The position numbers were made by a program, and so were the translations under genes. A DNA stretch of 39,895 nucleotides, from IMG/VR virus record IMGVR_UViG_2519899564_000019; one strand, written 5' to 3'. Below are positions 8,866-18,000 of this stretch, in pieces (positions within the stretch are counted from its first letter, which is position 1; each line of letters starts with the position of its first letter). Source of the stretch: a virus (Duplodnaviria; Heunggongvirae; Uroviricota; Caudoviricetes). The notes under the pieces were generated by a model that saw only the letters and a list, made by a program, of their open reading frames with translations, had not been told where the DNA came from and did not search any database.

Positions 8866-9201
8866 ATGATGAGTATTGAATTAAGATCGTCTTATGAATA
8901 TCGTAAAATTCTCATCGCCGGAGGCATGAAACCGGAAGATGCAGAAAAAATCGTTTCTTTTATGGATAAAGAATGTGACAAACGGGATATGCCAGAAATT
9001 ATTATGGATGACATGATTCTGCATTCAGCCGTAGCGTTAAGCCCGTTATGGATTGTGCATTCTCTTGCTGAAATTGCCAAAGGCACCGATAAACAGGCAG
9101 CTGTTGCTGCCCTTCAGACGCTTAATGAAATGCGTATATCTCCACGCCCGACATTAATACATATGATTCTGTCCAGCATGGAGGATAAAGCAAATGAATA
9201 G
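8866..9201 (+). CDS. hypothetical early protein (111 aa)
   Basis: ORF in the coupled series; no motif recognised. Confidence 0.4.
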   Translation: MMSIELRSSYEYRKILIAGGMKPEDAEKIVSFMDKECDKRDMPEIIMDDMILHSAVALSPLWIVHSLAEIAKGTDKQAAVAALQTLNEMRISPRPTLIHMILSSMEDKANE

Positions 9202-9391
9202 TCTACCCGCTGGATGGGCGCGGCCACTAATGGCCAGGAAGCATCATTTTTTTAAAACAGGCGAAAATATCAGTATATGTGGACGGTGGTTATATCTGGC
9301 TCATAATCGCGAGCCGGATACATTTGAAAGCCCTGATGACTGTGCCGAATGCCGCAGAAGAGTGAATAAGGAGAAAGATAATGGACAATAG
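9194..9391 (+). CDS. hypothetical small protein (65 aa)
   Basis: Overlaps upstream stop; contains C-x20-C-x2-C; too few cysteines to call a zinc ribbon. Confidence 0.3.
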   Translation: MNSLPAGWARPLMARKHHFFKTGENISICGRWLYLAHNREPDTFESPDDCAECRRRVNKEKDNGQ

Positions 9392-9677
9392 TTCTCTGTT
9401 GTTCTGGTGCTTATATATCACATCCTTTTTCGGCGCATTTGTTATTACCCGGTGGTTATGTCGAAAAATCATCTGCTTTTTTGATAAAAGACATCCGGTT
9501 GAACGGGCGGCTGATGCGCTCATTCAGCAGGCCATTGTGTTATATAGCGGTGAATTTTTCTGCCGGATAACAACCAGAGATGGCTGGCACATAATGATTA
9601 TTCCACCAACACACCATGCCCGGTGGGATGAGGCAGAAAAGGCTTTCCATGTCCGTAAAAAGGTAAATACGGTATGA
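9381..9677 (+). CDS. hypothetical small membrane protein (98 aa)
   Basis: N-terminal hydrophobic segment LLFWCLYITSFFGAFVITRWL. Confidence 0.4.
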   Translation: MDNSSLLFWCLYITSFFGAFVITRWLCRKIICFFDKRHPVERAADALIQQAIVLYSGEFFCRITTRDGWHIMIIPPTHHARWDEAEKAFHVRKKVNTV

Positions 9678-10183
9678 GAGGAAAACTGATATCCGCCATT
9701 CATGTGGCAAAGCGCGAGCTTGCCCTGGATGATGAGACTTATACATCCGCGCTGCTGGCAGCCACCGGCAAAACCAGCTGCCGGGATATGTCACCGGATG
9801 AGTTATCCCGCGTGCTGGATGTTTTCAAAAAACGCGGTTTTAAAGTGCGTCAGAACCCGGTTAACCGGGCCTTAAAACCGGGTACGGTGACCGCCAGAAT
9901 TCGCGCCATCTGGAAGGTGATGCACCGGCAGGGCTTTATCACCGATGGTGCGGAAACCGCCCTTAACCGCTGGGTGAAATCGCAGACGGCCGCGCAGAAC
10001 GGCGGCGAAGGTGTGGCAAACTGGCAGTGGCTGGAGCAACACCCCGCCCTGGCCTCAGATGTGCTGGAGCGTCTCAAGCGATGGCACCGCCGCAAAATGC
10101 TGGCCGCGATGGGAATGCCCGAACGCACGCTGATGGGGTATGACGCCGTTTGCAGGCAGTATGAAAAATCACTTCCCCGTTAA
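9674..10183 (+). CDS. gemA: GemA-like protein (Mu gp16 family), last gene of the early operon
   Basis: 169 aa; N-terminus LISAIHVAKRELALDDETY and position just before the Mor/C-like gene fit the Mu gp16 family as recalled. Confidence 0.65.
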   Translation: MRGKLISAIHVAKRELALDDETYTSALLAATGKTSCRDMSPDELSRVLDVFKKRGFKVRQNPVNRALKPGTVTARIRAIWKVMHRQGFITDGAETALNRWVKSQTAAQNGGEGVANWQWLEQHPALASDVLERLKRWHRRKMLAAMGMPERTLMGYDAVCRQYEKSLPR

Positions 10184-10188
10184 CTCCA

Positions 10189-10218
10189 AATCCCGCCACA
10201 ACGCGGGATTTTTATTTT
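10189..10218 (+). terminator. Rho-independent terminator after the early operon
   Basis: Perfect 8-bp stem AATCCCGC / GCGGGATT with a 6-nt loop, followed by TTTATTTT, 6 bp after the gemA-like stop. Confidence 0.7.
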
Positions 10219-10252
10219 AAACTTACCGGGAACGCGAGAACCGGAGGCTGAT

Positions 10253-10678
10253 ATGGCAGAAACTCAGATGAGCATGTTTGGTGGTGACAGTGAGCAACTG
10301 CACGCCCTTATCGACCGCCTTGATGACATCCCTGATGATGTTCTCAAAAAGAACTGGCCGCGGACCCTGTCAGAACTGGTTGAAGTCACCGGCGCAGAAC
10401 TTCAGCGTCAGGGGATTGAGCCGGTACTGGCCGGTAAACTGGCACGCAAGGTGGCTGCGGCTCAGGCAGCCTATATGGGCGGACGGGGTTATTACCTGCC
10501 GGTCGGGGAATCTCTCTTTGCCGAGCTGCGAAACAATGAGATATTTTCGCGCTGGGACCGGGGCGAGAAAATTGAATCCCTTCGCCGCCATTACCGGATG
10601 TCAGAAACCCAGATTTATAACGTCATACGCGAACAGCGCCGTCTGCATCTGGCAAGAACGCAACCGCCACTTTTCTGA
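10253..10678 (+). CDS. Mor/C-family transcriptional activator (middle/late gene activator)
   Basis: 141 aa; C-terminal HTH-like region (RRHYRMSETQIYNVIREQRR) typical of the Mor/C family; only one such homologue in the window, so Mor versus C cannot be decided. Confidence 0.7.
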   Translation: MAETQMSMFGGDSEQLHALIDRLDDIPDDVLKKNWPRTLSELVEVTGAELQRQGIEPVLAGKLARKVAAAQAAYMGGRGYYLPVGESLFAELRNNEIFSRWDRGEKIESLRRHYRMSETQIYNVIREQRRLHLARTQPPLF

Positions 10679-10749
10679 TATTCCGCAAAGCCTGCCGCCT
10701 CTCCTTCACCGTTACGCTGACTCAGAGAACATCATGAGACAGCGTAACA

Positions 10750-11250
10750 ATGCCAAAACTCCCCGCACCACTGCGTAAAAAGCTGATTGCCCTTGTTCTG
10801 GCCGGTGCCGGGACGTTCACGATTGCCACGCATTACACCGGTTACTGGGAAGGGAAAGAAAACTCCACGTATATCGATCCCACCGGTACACCCACCATCT
10901 GTTACGGCCATACCGGCCCGGATGTGAAACCGGGTATGACCCTGACAGATGAAGAATGCCTGGAACTACTGGAAAAGGACATGAAATGGGCCTTTGCGGC
11001 CATTGATCGGCGTGTTCAGGTGCCGCTTACCCGTGGTCAGACGGTGGCGCTGGCTTCGTGGATCTTCTGGGCCGGTGAAACGAACTTTCGCAACTCCACG
11101 CTTCTGCGCCTGATCAATGCCGGGCAGATGCCCGCGTCCTGTAAGCAGTATATCCGCTGGATTTATTCAAAGGGGGTGAAACTCCCCGGCCTTGAGGCCC
11201 GCCGTTCGGCGGATGAATGGTTATGTCGCTACGACTTGCCGAAAGTCTGA
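10750..11250 (+). CDS. lys: SAR-type endolysin (lysozyme)
   Basis: 166 aa; N-terminal weakly hydrophobic Gly/Ala-rich segment (LIALVLAGAGTFTIA) followed by a lysozyme-like domain; Mu lys position. Confidence 0.8.
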   Translation: MPKLPAPLRKKLIALVLAGAGTFTIATHYTGYWEGKENSTYIDPTGTPTICYGHTGPDVKPGMTLTDEECLELLEKDMKWAFAAIDRRVQVPLTRGQTVALASWIFWAGETNFRNSTLLRLINAGQMPASCKQYIRWIYSKGVKLPGLEARRSADEWLCRYDLPKV

Positions 11251-11323
11251 ACCGCTTCTGGCGACCGCTCATGATAGCGCTGCTGTGTGCGGTACTGCTG
11301 TTACGGGGTGTCCTGTGGCTGCG

Positions 11324-11713
11324 GTGAATAATGCCTTACCGGCCCTGATTGCCGGGGCGTGCATGGCGGCGCTGGGGATTATCGCTGTACTGGTTGCCGC
11401 TATATGGGGAATGCACCAGAAGACGCAGCGCCTTGAAGACAATAATCAGGTGCTTGTGCGTGAGCGGGATGAGGCGCGTCAGGTGCTGGCAAATCAGCAG
11501 CACACCCTGCAACTCATTTCACAAATCAGTGAGGCGGCCACGAATGAAAAACAACAGAACATTCAGCACAGCGAGGGGCAGCAGAGCGTTGTCCGCCGGT
11601 CGCTGGCGGCAGTGCCTGCGGCCTCTGCCCCTGTTCCTGATGATGTGGCTGATCGGGTGCGCCGGGCCGTCTGTGAAATACGTGCCTGTGAAGCCGGTGC
11701 CGATCCCCGCTGA
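11324..11713 (+). CDS. i-spanin (inner-membrane spanin subunit)
   Basis: N-terminal TM (ALPALIAGACMAALGIIAVLVAAIWG) then charged, coiled-coil-like periplasmic part; GTG 11324 chosen, start uncertain (track ORF begins 11192, overlapping lys). Confidence 0.5.
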   Translation: MNNALPALIAGACMAALGIIAVLVAAIWGMHQKTQRLEDNNQVLVRERDEARQVLANQQHTLQLISQISEAATNEKQQNIQHSEGQQSVVRRSLAAVPAASAPVPDDVADRVRRAVCEIRACEAGADPR

Positions 11714-11915
11714 ATTGCTGGCTGACTGCCTGGTCCCTCCTGCGCCGGAGCCGTTCACGTTTGGGGCATCGGTCACTTACAACCTGCAACTGCTGGCGGT
11801 GATCAAGAACTGCAACGTGGACAAGGCCAGTATTCGTCGTCTGGAGGCGCGGCGACAACATGAATTTACTGATATGGCCGGAACGCCTGCTGTTCCGGCA
11901 GGAAAGACGAAGTAA
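11544..11915 (+). CDS. o-spanin (outer-membrane lipoprotein), embedded in the +1 frame of the i-spanin gene
   Basis: Internal ATG 11544 gives a signal peptide with lipobox LIGC (MKNNRTF...LFLMMWLIGCAGP); embedded/overlapping spanin architecture. Confidence 0.6.
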   Translation: MKNNRTFSTARGSRALSAGRWRQCLRPLPLFLMMWLIGCAGPSVKYVPVKPVPIPAELLADCLVPPAPEPFTFGASVTYNLQLLAVIKNCNVDKASIRRLEARRQHEFTDMAGTPAVPAGKTK

Positions 11916-11925
11916 GGAAAAAGGT

Positions 11926-12153
11926 ATGGATGATTCAGATCGTGCTCAGGCTGTGATGGAGCGGGGATCAGAACGCGCCCTTTGTAACCGGCTGACACGT
12001 AAGCGCCGGGCAATGGATGCTCCGGGCAGACGTGTCTGCGCGGACTGTGGCGGAGAGATCCCCGCCGCACGTCTTGTTGCTGTGCCGGATGCCATCCGTT
12101 GTGTGAACTGCCAGAACATCATGGAGGCCCGTCATGTGGGTCAGCATCGTTAA
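11926..12153 (+). CDS. TraR/DksA-type C4 zinc-finger protein
   Basis: ATG 11926 after AAGGAAAAAGG; CADCGGEIP...CVNC four-cysteine motif near the C-terminus. Confidence 0.6.
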   Translation: MDDSDRAQAVMERGSERALCNRLTRKRRAMDAPGRRVCADCGGEIPAARLVAVPDAIRCVNCQNIMEARHVGQHR

Positions 12154-12727
12154 AGATTATGTTGTGCCGATCCTTTCGGCGACGGCAACCGCTGGCGGGA
12201 TATTCATGGCGCTGATGCGCAAAACGTTTGTCCCCCGCGAGGCCTTTGAAAAACTCTCCGACCGCGTTGAGAAGGTGGAAACCCGCCTGTCGTCACTGCC
12301 GACAGAAGCTGAGGTCAACCGTCTGAATGTGGAAATCGTGACCCTGCGGGGTGAACTGAAAACCACGAACGCCACGCTCCGCTCTGTCTCCTATCAGAAC
12401 GAACTGCTGCTGGAGCAGGCGGTAAGGAAAAAACGAATGAGTGATTTCATTACTGAAGATCAGCGTCTGGTCATTCTGCGGTCGCTGGCAGATTACAACG
12501 GTGAACTGGGTGAATCCGTGCTCCAGGACTGTCTGGATGATTACGGCCACCGCGTGTCCCGCGACACCGTTCACACCCACATTGCCTGGCTTGCCGAGCA
12601 GGGACTGGTGCGCAAACGCGTTCTGATTAACGGTTATTTCATCGCGGAACTGACCGGCCGGGGGCAGGATGTGGCGGAAGGCCGCGCCAGCGTTCCGGGT
12701 GTGAAGAAACCACGCGCAAGGGGGTAA
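12134..12727 (+). CDS. hypothetical protein (197 aa): N-terminal TM plus coiled coil, C-terminal globular part
   Basis: Single open frame; internal in-frame ATG at 12438 (MSDFITEDQR...) could start a separate product. Confidence 0.45.
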   Translation: MWVSIVKDYVVPILSATATAGGIFMALMRKTFVPREAFEKLSDRVEKVETRLSSLPTEAEVNRLNVEIVTLRGELKTTNATLRSVSYQNELLLEQAVRKKRMSDFITEDQRLVILRSLADYNGELGESVLQDCLDDYGHRVSRDTVHTHIAWLAEQGLVRKRVLINGYFIAELTGRGQDVAEGRASVPGVKKPRARG

Positions 12728-12729
12728 CG

Positions 12730-13311
12730 ATGGACAAGCCGACGCGTGGACGCGTGCGCAAGGTGGATTTGCTCCCCGACAGCATCCGTAAGCCACTGCT
12801 GGAAATGCTGCGTGAAAAACGTCTGACGCAGGTCCAGATACGCGAGGAAATCAACCGTCTGATCCGTGAGGCGGGCCTGCCGGAAGAGCAGCAGCTTTCA
12901 CCGGCGGCCATCAGCCGGGAAGCCTCCCGTAATGAGCTGATTGCCCGTAACCTGCGTGATTTACGCGAGCAGACAAAAGCCATGATGGCCGAACTGGGGG
13001 ACAAGCCAACCGGTGAAACCACTGCATTGATCCTGGAGATGTCCCGCGCCCTGATGTACCGCCGTCTGCGTGCCGCGACCGAATCCCTGAACAGTGACAG
13101 CGACGTGGATATGCGTCTTATTAAGGACATCCTCCTGTCAGCACAGCGTGCGGAAAGTGCCGCCGAGCGCAGCATTAAGCGTGAAAAAGAAATCCGGGCC
13201 GCATTTGCTGAAGAGATGGCAAACGCCGTCACCGACGAGCTGCGCGGCGTGGACGGGATGAGTGAACAGCTTGAGTCCCGTATTAAGGGGATTCTGTTGG
13301 GTAAAGTCTGA
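12730..13311 (+). CDS. Mu gp27-like DNA-binding protein (probable terminase small subunit)
   Basis: 193 aa; N-terminus KVDLLPDSIRKPLLEMLRE pattern and position immediately before the large terminase. Confidence 0.6.
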   Translation: MDKPTRGRVRKVDLLPDSIRKPLLEMLREKRLTQVQIREEINRLIREAGLPEEQQLSPAAISREASRNELIARNLRDLREQTKAMMAELGDKPTGETTALILEMSRALMYRRLRAATESLNSDSDVDMRLIKDILLSAQRAESAAERSIKREKEIRAAFAEEMANAVTDELRGVDGMSEQLESRIKGILLGKV

Positions 13312-14975
13312 TGAATAACGCCGAAGAACTCTCCCCCTTACTGACGAATACCGTCTCCACCCGCAAAATTGATCTGGCCGGTGAAAAAGCCCTGCTGGGC
13401 GTGGATGTGCCGGACAGCCTTGATTTGCCCGGTGATATGCCGGTATTTCTGGATTATCAGGCCCGCTGGTTTGAGGATGAAAGCGAGGTCTGCATCGCGG
13501 AAAAATCCCGCCGCACCGGGCTTACCTGGGCGGAAGCCGGGCGTAACGTCATTACCGCCGCAAAGCCTAAGCGGCGTGGTGGCCGCAATGTGTTTTATGT
13601 GGGGTCAAAGCAGGAGATGGCGCTGGAATATATTTCTGCCTGCGCACTGTTCTCCCGTGCCTTTAACCAGCTGGCAGATGCTGATGTGTATGAGCAGACC
13701 TTCTGGGATCGGGATAAAAAAGAAGAAATTCTGACCTACATGATCCGCTTTCCGAACAGTGGATTCAAAATTCAGGCACTGTCTTCCCGTCCGTCAAACC
13801 TGCGCGGCCTTCAGGGGGATGTGGTGATTGATGAAGCCGCGTTCCACGAGTCACTGGATGAGCTTCTCAAGGCGGCAATGGCGCTCACCATGTGGGGCGC
13901 GCGCGTGCGTATTATCTCCACGCATAACGGCGTCGATAATCTGTTTAATCAGTACATTCAGGAAGCCCGCGAGGGGCGCAAGGATTACAGCGTCCACCGC
14001 ATTACCCTGGATGATGCCATTGCGGACGGGCTGTACCGTCGTATCTGTTATGTCACCGGCCGCGAATGGTCACCGGAAAGCGAGCAGAAGTGGCGTGATG
14101 ATCTCTACAAAAACGCCCCGACCCGTGAGGATGCCGACGAGGAATACGGCTGTATCCCGAAAAAATCCGGCGGTGCCTATATTCCTCACGCGCTTATTGA
14201 AATGGCGATGCTCCGCGACATCCCGATTCTGACGTTTGAAGCCCCGGACGACTTCATCAGCCGTGCCGCATGGCTGCGTGAATCGGAGGTTTTAACCTGG
14301 TGTGAAGAACATTTAAAACCGCTTTTAGAGGCGTTAAATCCCCGTTCCCGCTTCAGCTTCGGGGAAGACTTTGCCCGCACCGGTGACCTCTCCTGCTTTG
14401 TGCTGCTGGAAATCACTGAATCCCTGGCAAAACGCGAGGTGTTTCGCGTGGAGCTGCGCAACCTGCCGTATGCCCAGCAGGAGCAGGTGATGATGTACAT
14501 CCTGACCCGCGTTCCGGCGCTGGTCGGTGCGGCGTTCGACGCCACCGGTAACGGCGGCTATCTGGCCGAAGCCGCGCTGCTGGCCTTTGGCCCGGACATC
14601 ATCGACTGCGTGATGTTATCGCCGAAGTGGTACGGCGAGTGGATGCCAAAACTGAAGGCCGAGTTTGAGGATCAGAATATCCTCGTCGCCCGCCATCAGA
14701 CCACGCTTGATGATTTGCGCCATGTGAAGGTGGTGAACGGTATCCCGCAAATTGACAAGGGGCGTACGAAGGACCAGAACGCAACGGCTGTGAACGCCCG
14801 CCGCCATGGCGATTTTGCCGTGGCGCTCTGTATGGCAAACCGGGCGTCATACATGGAGGGCTTCATCCTGGATGAATCAGCCTGTCAGGCGCTGCCGGAG
14901 CGGTCGCGGGCCATGGAGGGCGGTTATCGTGATGACGATGAGGCATATCATGAATTTGATCGGGGGTGCTGGTAG
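13311..14975 (+). CDS. terminase large subunit (Mu gp28-like)
   Basis: 554 aa in the expected position; acidic nuclease-like motifs (VVIDEAAF); stop/start overlap with neighbours. Confidence 0.8.
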   Translation: MNNAEELSPLLTNTVSTRKIDLAGEKALLGVDVPDSLDLPGDMPVFLDYQARWFEDESEVCIAEKSRRTGLTWAEAGRNVITAAKPKRRGGRNVFYVGSKQEMALEYISACALFSRAFNQLADADVYEQTFWDRDKKEEILTYMIRFPNSGFKIQALSSRPSNLRGLQGDVVIDEAAFHESLDELLKAAMALTMWGARVRIISTHNGVDNLFNQYIQEAREGRKDYSVHRITLDDAIADGLYRRICYVTGREWSPESEQKWRDDLYKNAPTREDADEEYGCIPKKSGGAYIPHALIEMAMLRDIPILTFEAPDDFISRAAWLRESEVLTWCEEHLKPLLEALNPRSRFSFGEDFARTGDLSCFVLLEITESLAKREVFRVELRNLPYAQQEQVMMYILTRVPALVGAAFDATGNGGYLAEAALLAFGPDIIDCVMLSPKWYGEWMPKLKAEFEDQNILVARHQTTLDDLRHVKVVNGIPQIDKGRTKDQNATAVNARRHGDFAVALCMANRASYMEGFILDESACQALPERSRAMEGGYRDDDEAYHEFDRGCW

Positions 14976-16564
14976 TGGGACGTATAATTGATCTTGACGG
15001 AAAACCTTTCTCCTTTGACCCGGAGATGCAGAGCGCCGCGCTGGATATTCCGCAGATTGCCAGCCGTTATATTGAACATCCGGCCTCGGGTATCACCCCG
15101 AACCGGGCGGCACAGTGCCTTCGCGGGGCTGAACGTGGCGATCTGATTGCCCAGTCCGATCTGGCCGCTGACATTGAAGAAAAGGATACCCACCTTTTTG
15201 CAGAGCTGGGCAAGCGACGCCTTGCCATTCAGGGGGTGCCCTGGAGTATTGAGCCGCCACCGAACGCCAGCGCGAATGAGAAAAAGGACGCGGAAATGCT
15301 CGACGAATATCTGCATTCCGCCGACTGGTTTGATGCCATGCTGTTTGATGCCACCGATGCCATCCTGAAAGGCTATTCCTGCATGGAGATTGAGCACGGG
15401 ATGCTCGGTAAAATGCACATCATCCGCGCCATCCGCTGGCGTGACAGCGGGCATTTCTGCCTTAACCCGGATGATTTGAGCGAACTGCGGCTGCGTGACG
15501 GCAGCCATGCCGGGGTGGCGTTTCAGCCCTTTGGCTGGATAGTGCATCAGTCACGTTCACGCACCGGTTACGGCGGCGCAACGGGGCTTGTCAGGACGCT
15601 TATCTGGCCGTTCATTTTCAAAAACTATTCCGTGCGCGATCTGGCTGAATTTCTGGAGGTGTACGGCCTGCCGATGAAGGTCGGTAAATACCCGTCCGGG
15701 GCAACGCCGGAGCAGAAAAGCGCCCTGATGCGGGCGGTGATGGATATCGGGCGACGTACAGGCGGGATCATCCCGGCCGGGATGTCGCTGGAGTTTCAGG
15801 CGGCAGCGAACGGTCAGGCCGATCCGTTTGAAACCATGATTTCGTGGGGGGAGCGTTCCATCTCCAAAGCTATCCTCGGCGGCACGCTGACCACGGAAGC
15901 CGGAGACAAGGGCGCACGTTCGCTGGGTGAAGTGCATAACGAGGTGCGCCGGGAAATCAGGGATTCTGATTTACGTCAGCTGGCCGCCACGCTGAACCGC
16001 GATCTGGTGTATCCGCTGTATGCCCTGAACACCGCCCACGCCATTGATATCCGTCGCCTGCCGCGTATCTGTTTCCAGACAAAAGAGCCGGGGGATATCA
16101 CCAAAATCACCAGTGCGGTGATGCAGCTCAGTACGGGGATGGATATTCCTGATCCCTGGGTACGGGAGCAGACCGGTATTCCACAGCCTGCCCCCGGTGA
16201 AGCCATCTTCCGTGTCCGTCAGAGTGGCAATGAACCTGCTCAGACAGACAAAGAGATGCCACCGGAAAAACAGGAAAAGACAGAGCAGACAGCGCTGGCT
16301 GCCAGACTGCCGGAAGCGAAGAGCAGCCCCCGAGATGAACTGGACGACATGGGGGATGCGGTGCCTGCCCGCCGGTTACAGGAGGCCATCGACCCGGTAC
16401 TGGAGCCGGTCATTGAAGCCATCAGAACGCGGGGGCTGGCGGAGGCACTGGCAGACCTGCCTGCCCTTTACCGTGAAATGGATGATTCCCGCCTGATGAC
16501 GCTGCTCAGTGATGCCATGTTTGCTGCGGAAATGAAGGGGATGCTGGATGGCACAGGGGATTGA
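14966..16564 (+). CDS. portal protein (Mu gp29-like)
   Basis: 532 aa directly after the terminase (GTG start overlapping the terminase stop); acidic C-terminal tail. Confidence 0.8.
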   Translation: MLVVGRIIDLDGKPFSFDPEMQSAALDIPQIASRYIEHPASGITPNRAAQCLRGAERGDLIAQSDLAADIEEKDTHLFAELGKRRLAIQGVPWSIEPPPNASANEKKDAEMLDEYLHSADWFDAMLFDATDAILKGYSCMEIEHGMLGKMHIIRAIRWRDSGHFCLNPDDLSELRLRDGSHAGVAFQPFGWIVHQSRSRTGYGGATGLVRTLIWPFIFKNYSVRDLAEFLEVYGLPMKVGKYPSGATPEQKSALMRAVMDIGRRTGGIIPAGMSLEFQAAANGQADPFETMISWGERSISKAILGGTLTTEAGDKGARSLGEVHNEVRREIRDSDLRQLAATLNRDLVYPLYALNTAHAIDIRRLPRICFQTKEPGDITKITSAVMQLSTGMDIPDPWVREQTGIPQPAPGEAIFRVRQSGNEPAQTDKEMPPEKQEKTEQTALAARLPEAKSSPRDELDDMGDAVPARRLQEAIDPVLEPVIEAIRTRGLAEALADLPALYREMDDSRLMTLLSDAMFAAEMKGMLDGTGD

Positions 16565-17879
16565 TTTAGGTTATGCCGCCACCCTTCCCTCAAAAGAGGC
16601 GGTGGCATACTTCCGCGCCAAAGGGGCGCATATCAGCTGGAACTGGTTCGAAACAAACGCAGATGTTCATGCCCGTTCATTCACGGCGGCAAAAGTGGCA
16701 CGCCTGGACGTACTGACCACACTACAGGCGGAAGTGCAGCGTGCTGTTGATGAGGGGATTTCACAGAAAGCATTTATCCGCACACTGACACCCCGCCTGC
16801 AAAAGCTGGGATGGTGGGGAAAGCAGATTGTGGTGGACAGCGCCGGTAACGCAGAAGAAGTGCAACTGGGCAGTCCCCGCCGTCTGGCGCTGATTTACAA
16901 CGTGAACACCCGCGTGGCTTACAATGCCGGGCGTTACACGCAGATGATGAACAACACGGACACGCATCCGTTCTGGCAGTATGTGGCGGTGATGGACAGC
17001 CGCACCCGCCCGGCGCATTCCGCCCTTAACGGGCTGGTATTCCGCTATGACGATCCGTTCTGGAATACACACTACCCACCCAATGGCTGGAACTGCCGCT
17101 GCCGTGTCCGGCCATTGTCTCAGACCCGTCTGGATGCAATGGGGTTATCCGTTTCATCCGGTCAGGATCATCTTTCCACCCGCAATGTTGAGGCTGGCGT
17201 GGATAAGCAGACCGGAGAAGTCAGAGAAATGCCGGTGACCACATATTCAGATGGCACCAGAACCATGACACCGGATGTGGGCTGGTCATATAACCCCGGT
17301 TCGGCGGCGTTCGGCACAGACCAGGCGCTGCTCCGCAAGTTGATCGAGGTGAAAAGCCCGGCGTTACGGGAAATGGTGGTTCAGGAGATGAACAACAGCC
17401 CGGAGCGGCAGCTGGCGTTCCGCATCTGGGCAAAAAACATCATGAAAACCCGGCGAGGCGGTAACGATATCCGCACGCTGGGCTTTATGACCGAAAGTAT
17501 TGCGCAGGCGGTGGAAAGCCGGACGGGAACGCCACCGGCCCGCCTGCTGGCGATGAGCGGTAAAAATGTGCTCCATGCGGACAGCATGAAACATCAGAAT
17601 GACGGCATTGCCCTGACGCCGGAGGATTTCGGGCGATTACCGGCAATGCTGGCAAAGCCAAAAGCGGTACTGTGGGATAAACGCCACAACAATCTGATGT
17701 ATATCGTGGAAAGTAAGGATGGCAGTGTGCAGATTGCCGTTAATGCGCCGTACAGCCTGAAGCGTCAGCCGGATAAACTGGATGTGATTGTGAATGCTTA
17801 CCGGGTTATCAATATGGATAAGCTGAAATCGGATATCCGGGGCGGAATGCTTGAGGTACTGGAAGGAGATATTGATTAA
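16548..17879 (+). CDS. F: F-like head morphogenesis protein (Mu gp30 family)
   Basis: 443 aa following the portal; contains NGWNCRCR. Confidence 0.75.
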   Translation: MAQGIDLGYAATLPSKEAVAYFRAKGAHISWNWFETNADVHARSFTAAKVARLDVLTTLQAEVQRAVDEGISQKAFIRTLTPRLQKLGWWGKQIVVDSAGNAEEVQLGSPRRLALIYNVNTRVAYNAGRYTQMMNNTDTHPFWQYVAVMDSRTRPAHSALNGLVFRYDDPFWNTHYPPNGWNCRCRVRPLSQTRLDAMGLSVSSGQDHLSTRNVEAGVDKQTGEVREMPVTTYSDGTRTMTPDVGWSYNPGSAAFGTDQALLRKLIEVKSPALREMVVQEMNNSPERQLAFRIWAKNIMKTRRGGNDIRTLGFMTESIAQAVESRTGTPPARLLAMSGKNVLHADSMKHQNDGIALTPEDFGRLPAMLAKPKAVLWDKRHNNLMYIVESKDGSVQIAVNAPYSLKRQPDKLDVIVNAYRVINMDKLKSDIRGGMLEVLEGDID

Positions 17880-18000
17880 CGGTCAGTGGCGGGGGTCGAA
17901 CCCGCATACATGATCCACCCGGAGGCAGGCACCGACTTTACCAGTTAAGCGTACACTGACCGCCTGCTTATTTTATATTCATATTTTATACGGAGGCAAT

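Noticed and set aside
12639-13232. Long minus-strand ORFs in the track (for example 12639-13232, 19209-19772, 22254-23180, 28683-29486, 14948-15547)
   Set aside because: Each lies entirely antisense to a well-supported plus-strand structural gene, has an Arg/Ser/Cys-rich low-complexity composition and no start context; these are shadow ORFs typical of GC-rich coding DNA.
17880-17963. Calling a bona fide tRNA gene here
   Set aside because: T-arm and acceptor pairing are convincing, but I could not form an anticodon stem in any register and no CCA is encoded; kept only as a tRNA-like element in the findings.
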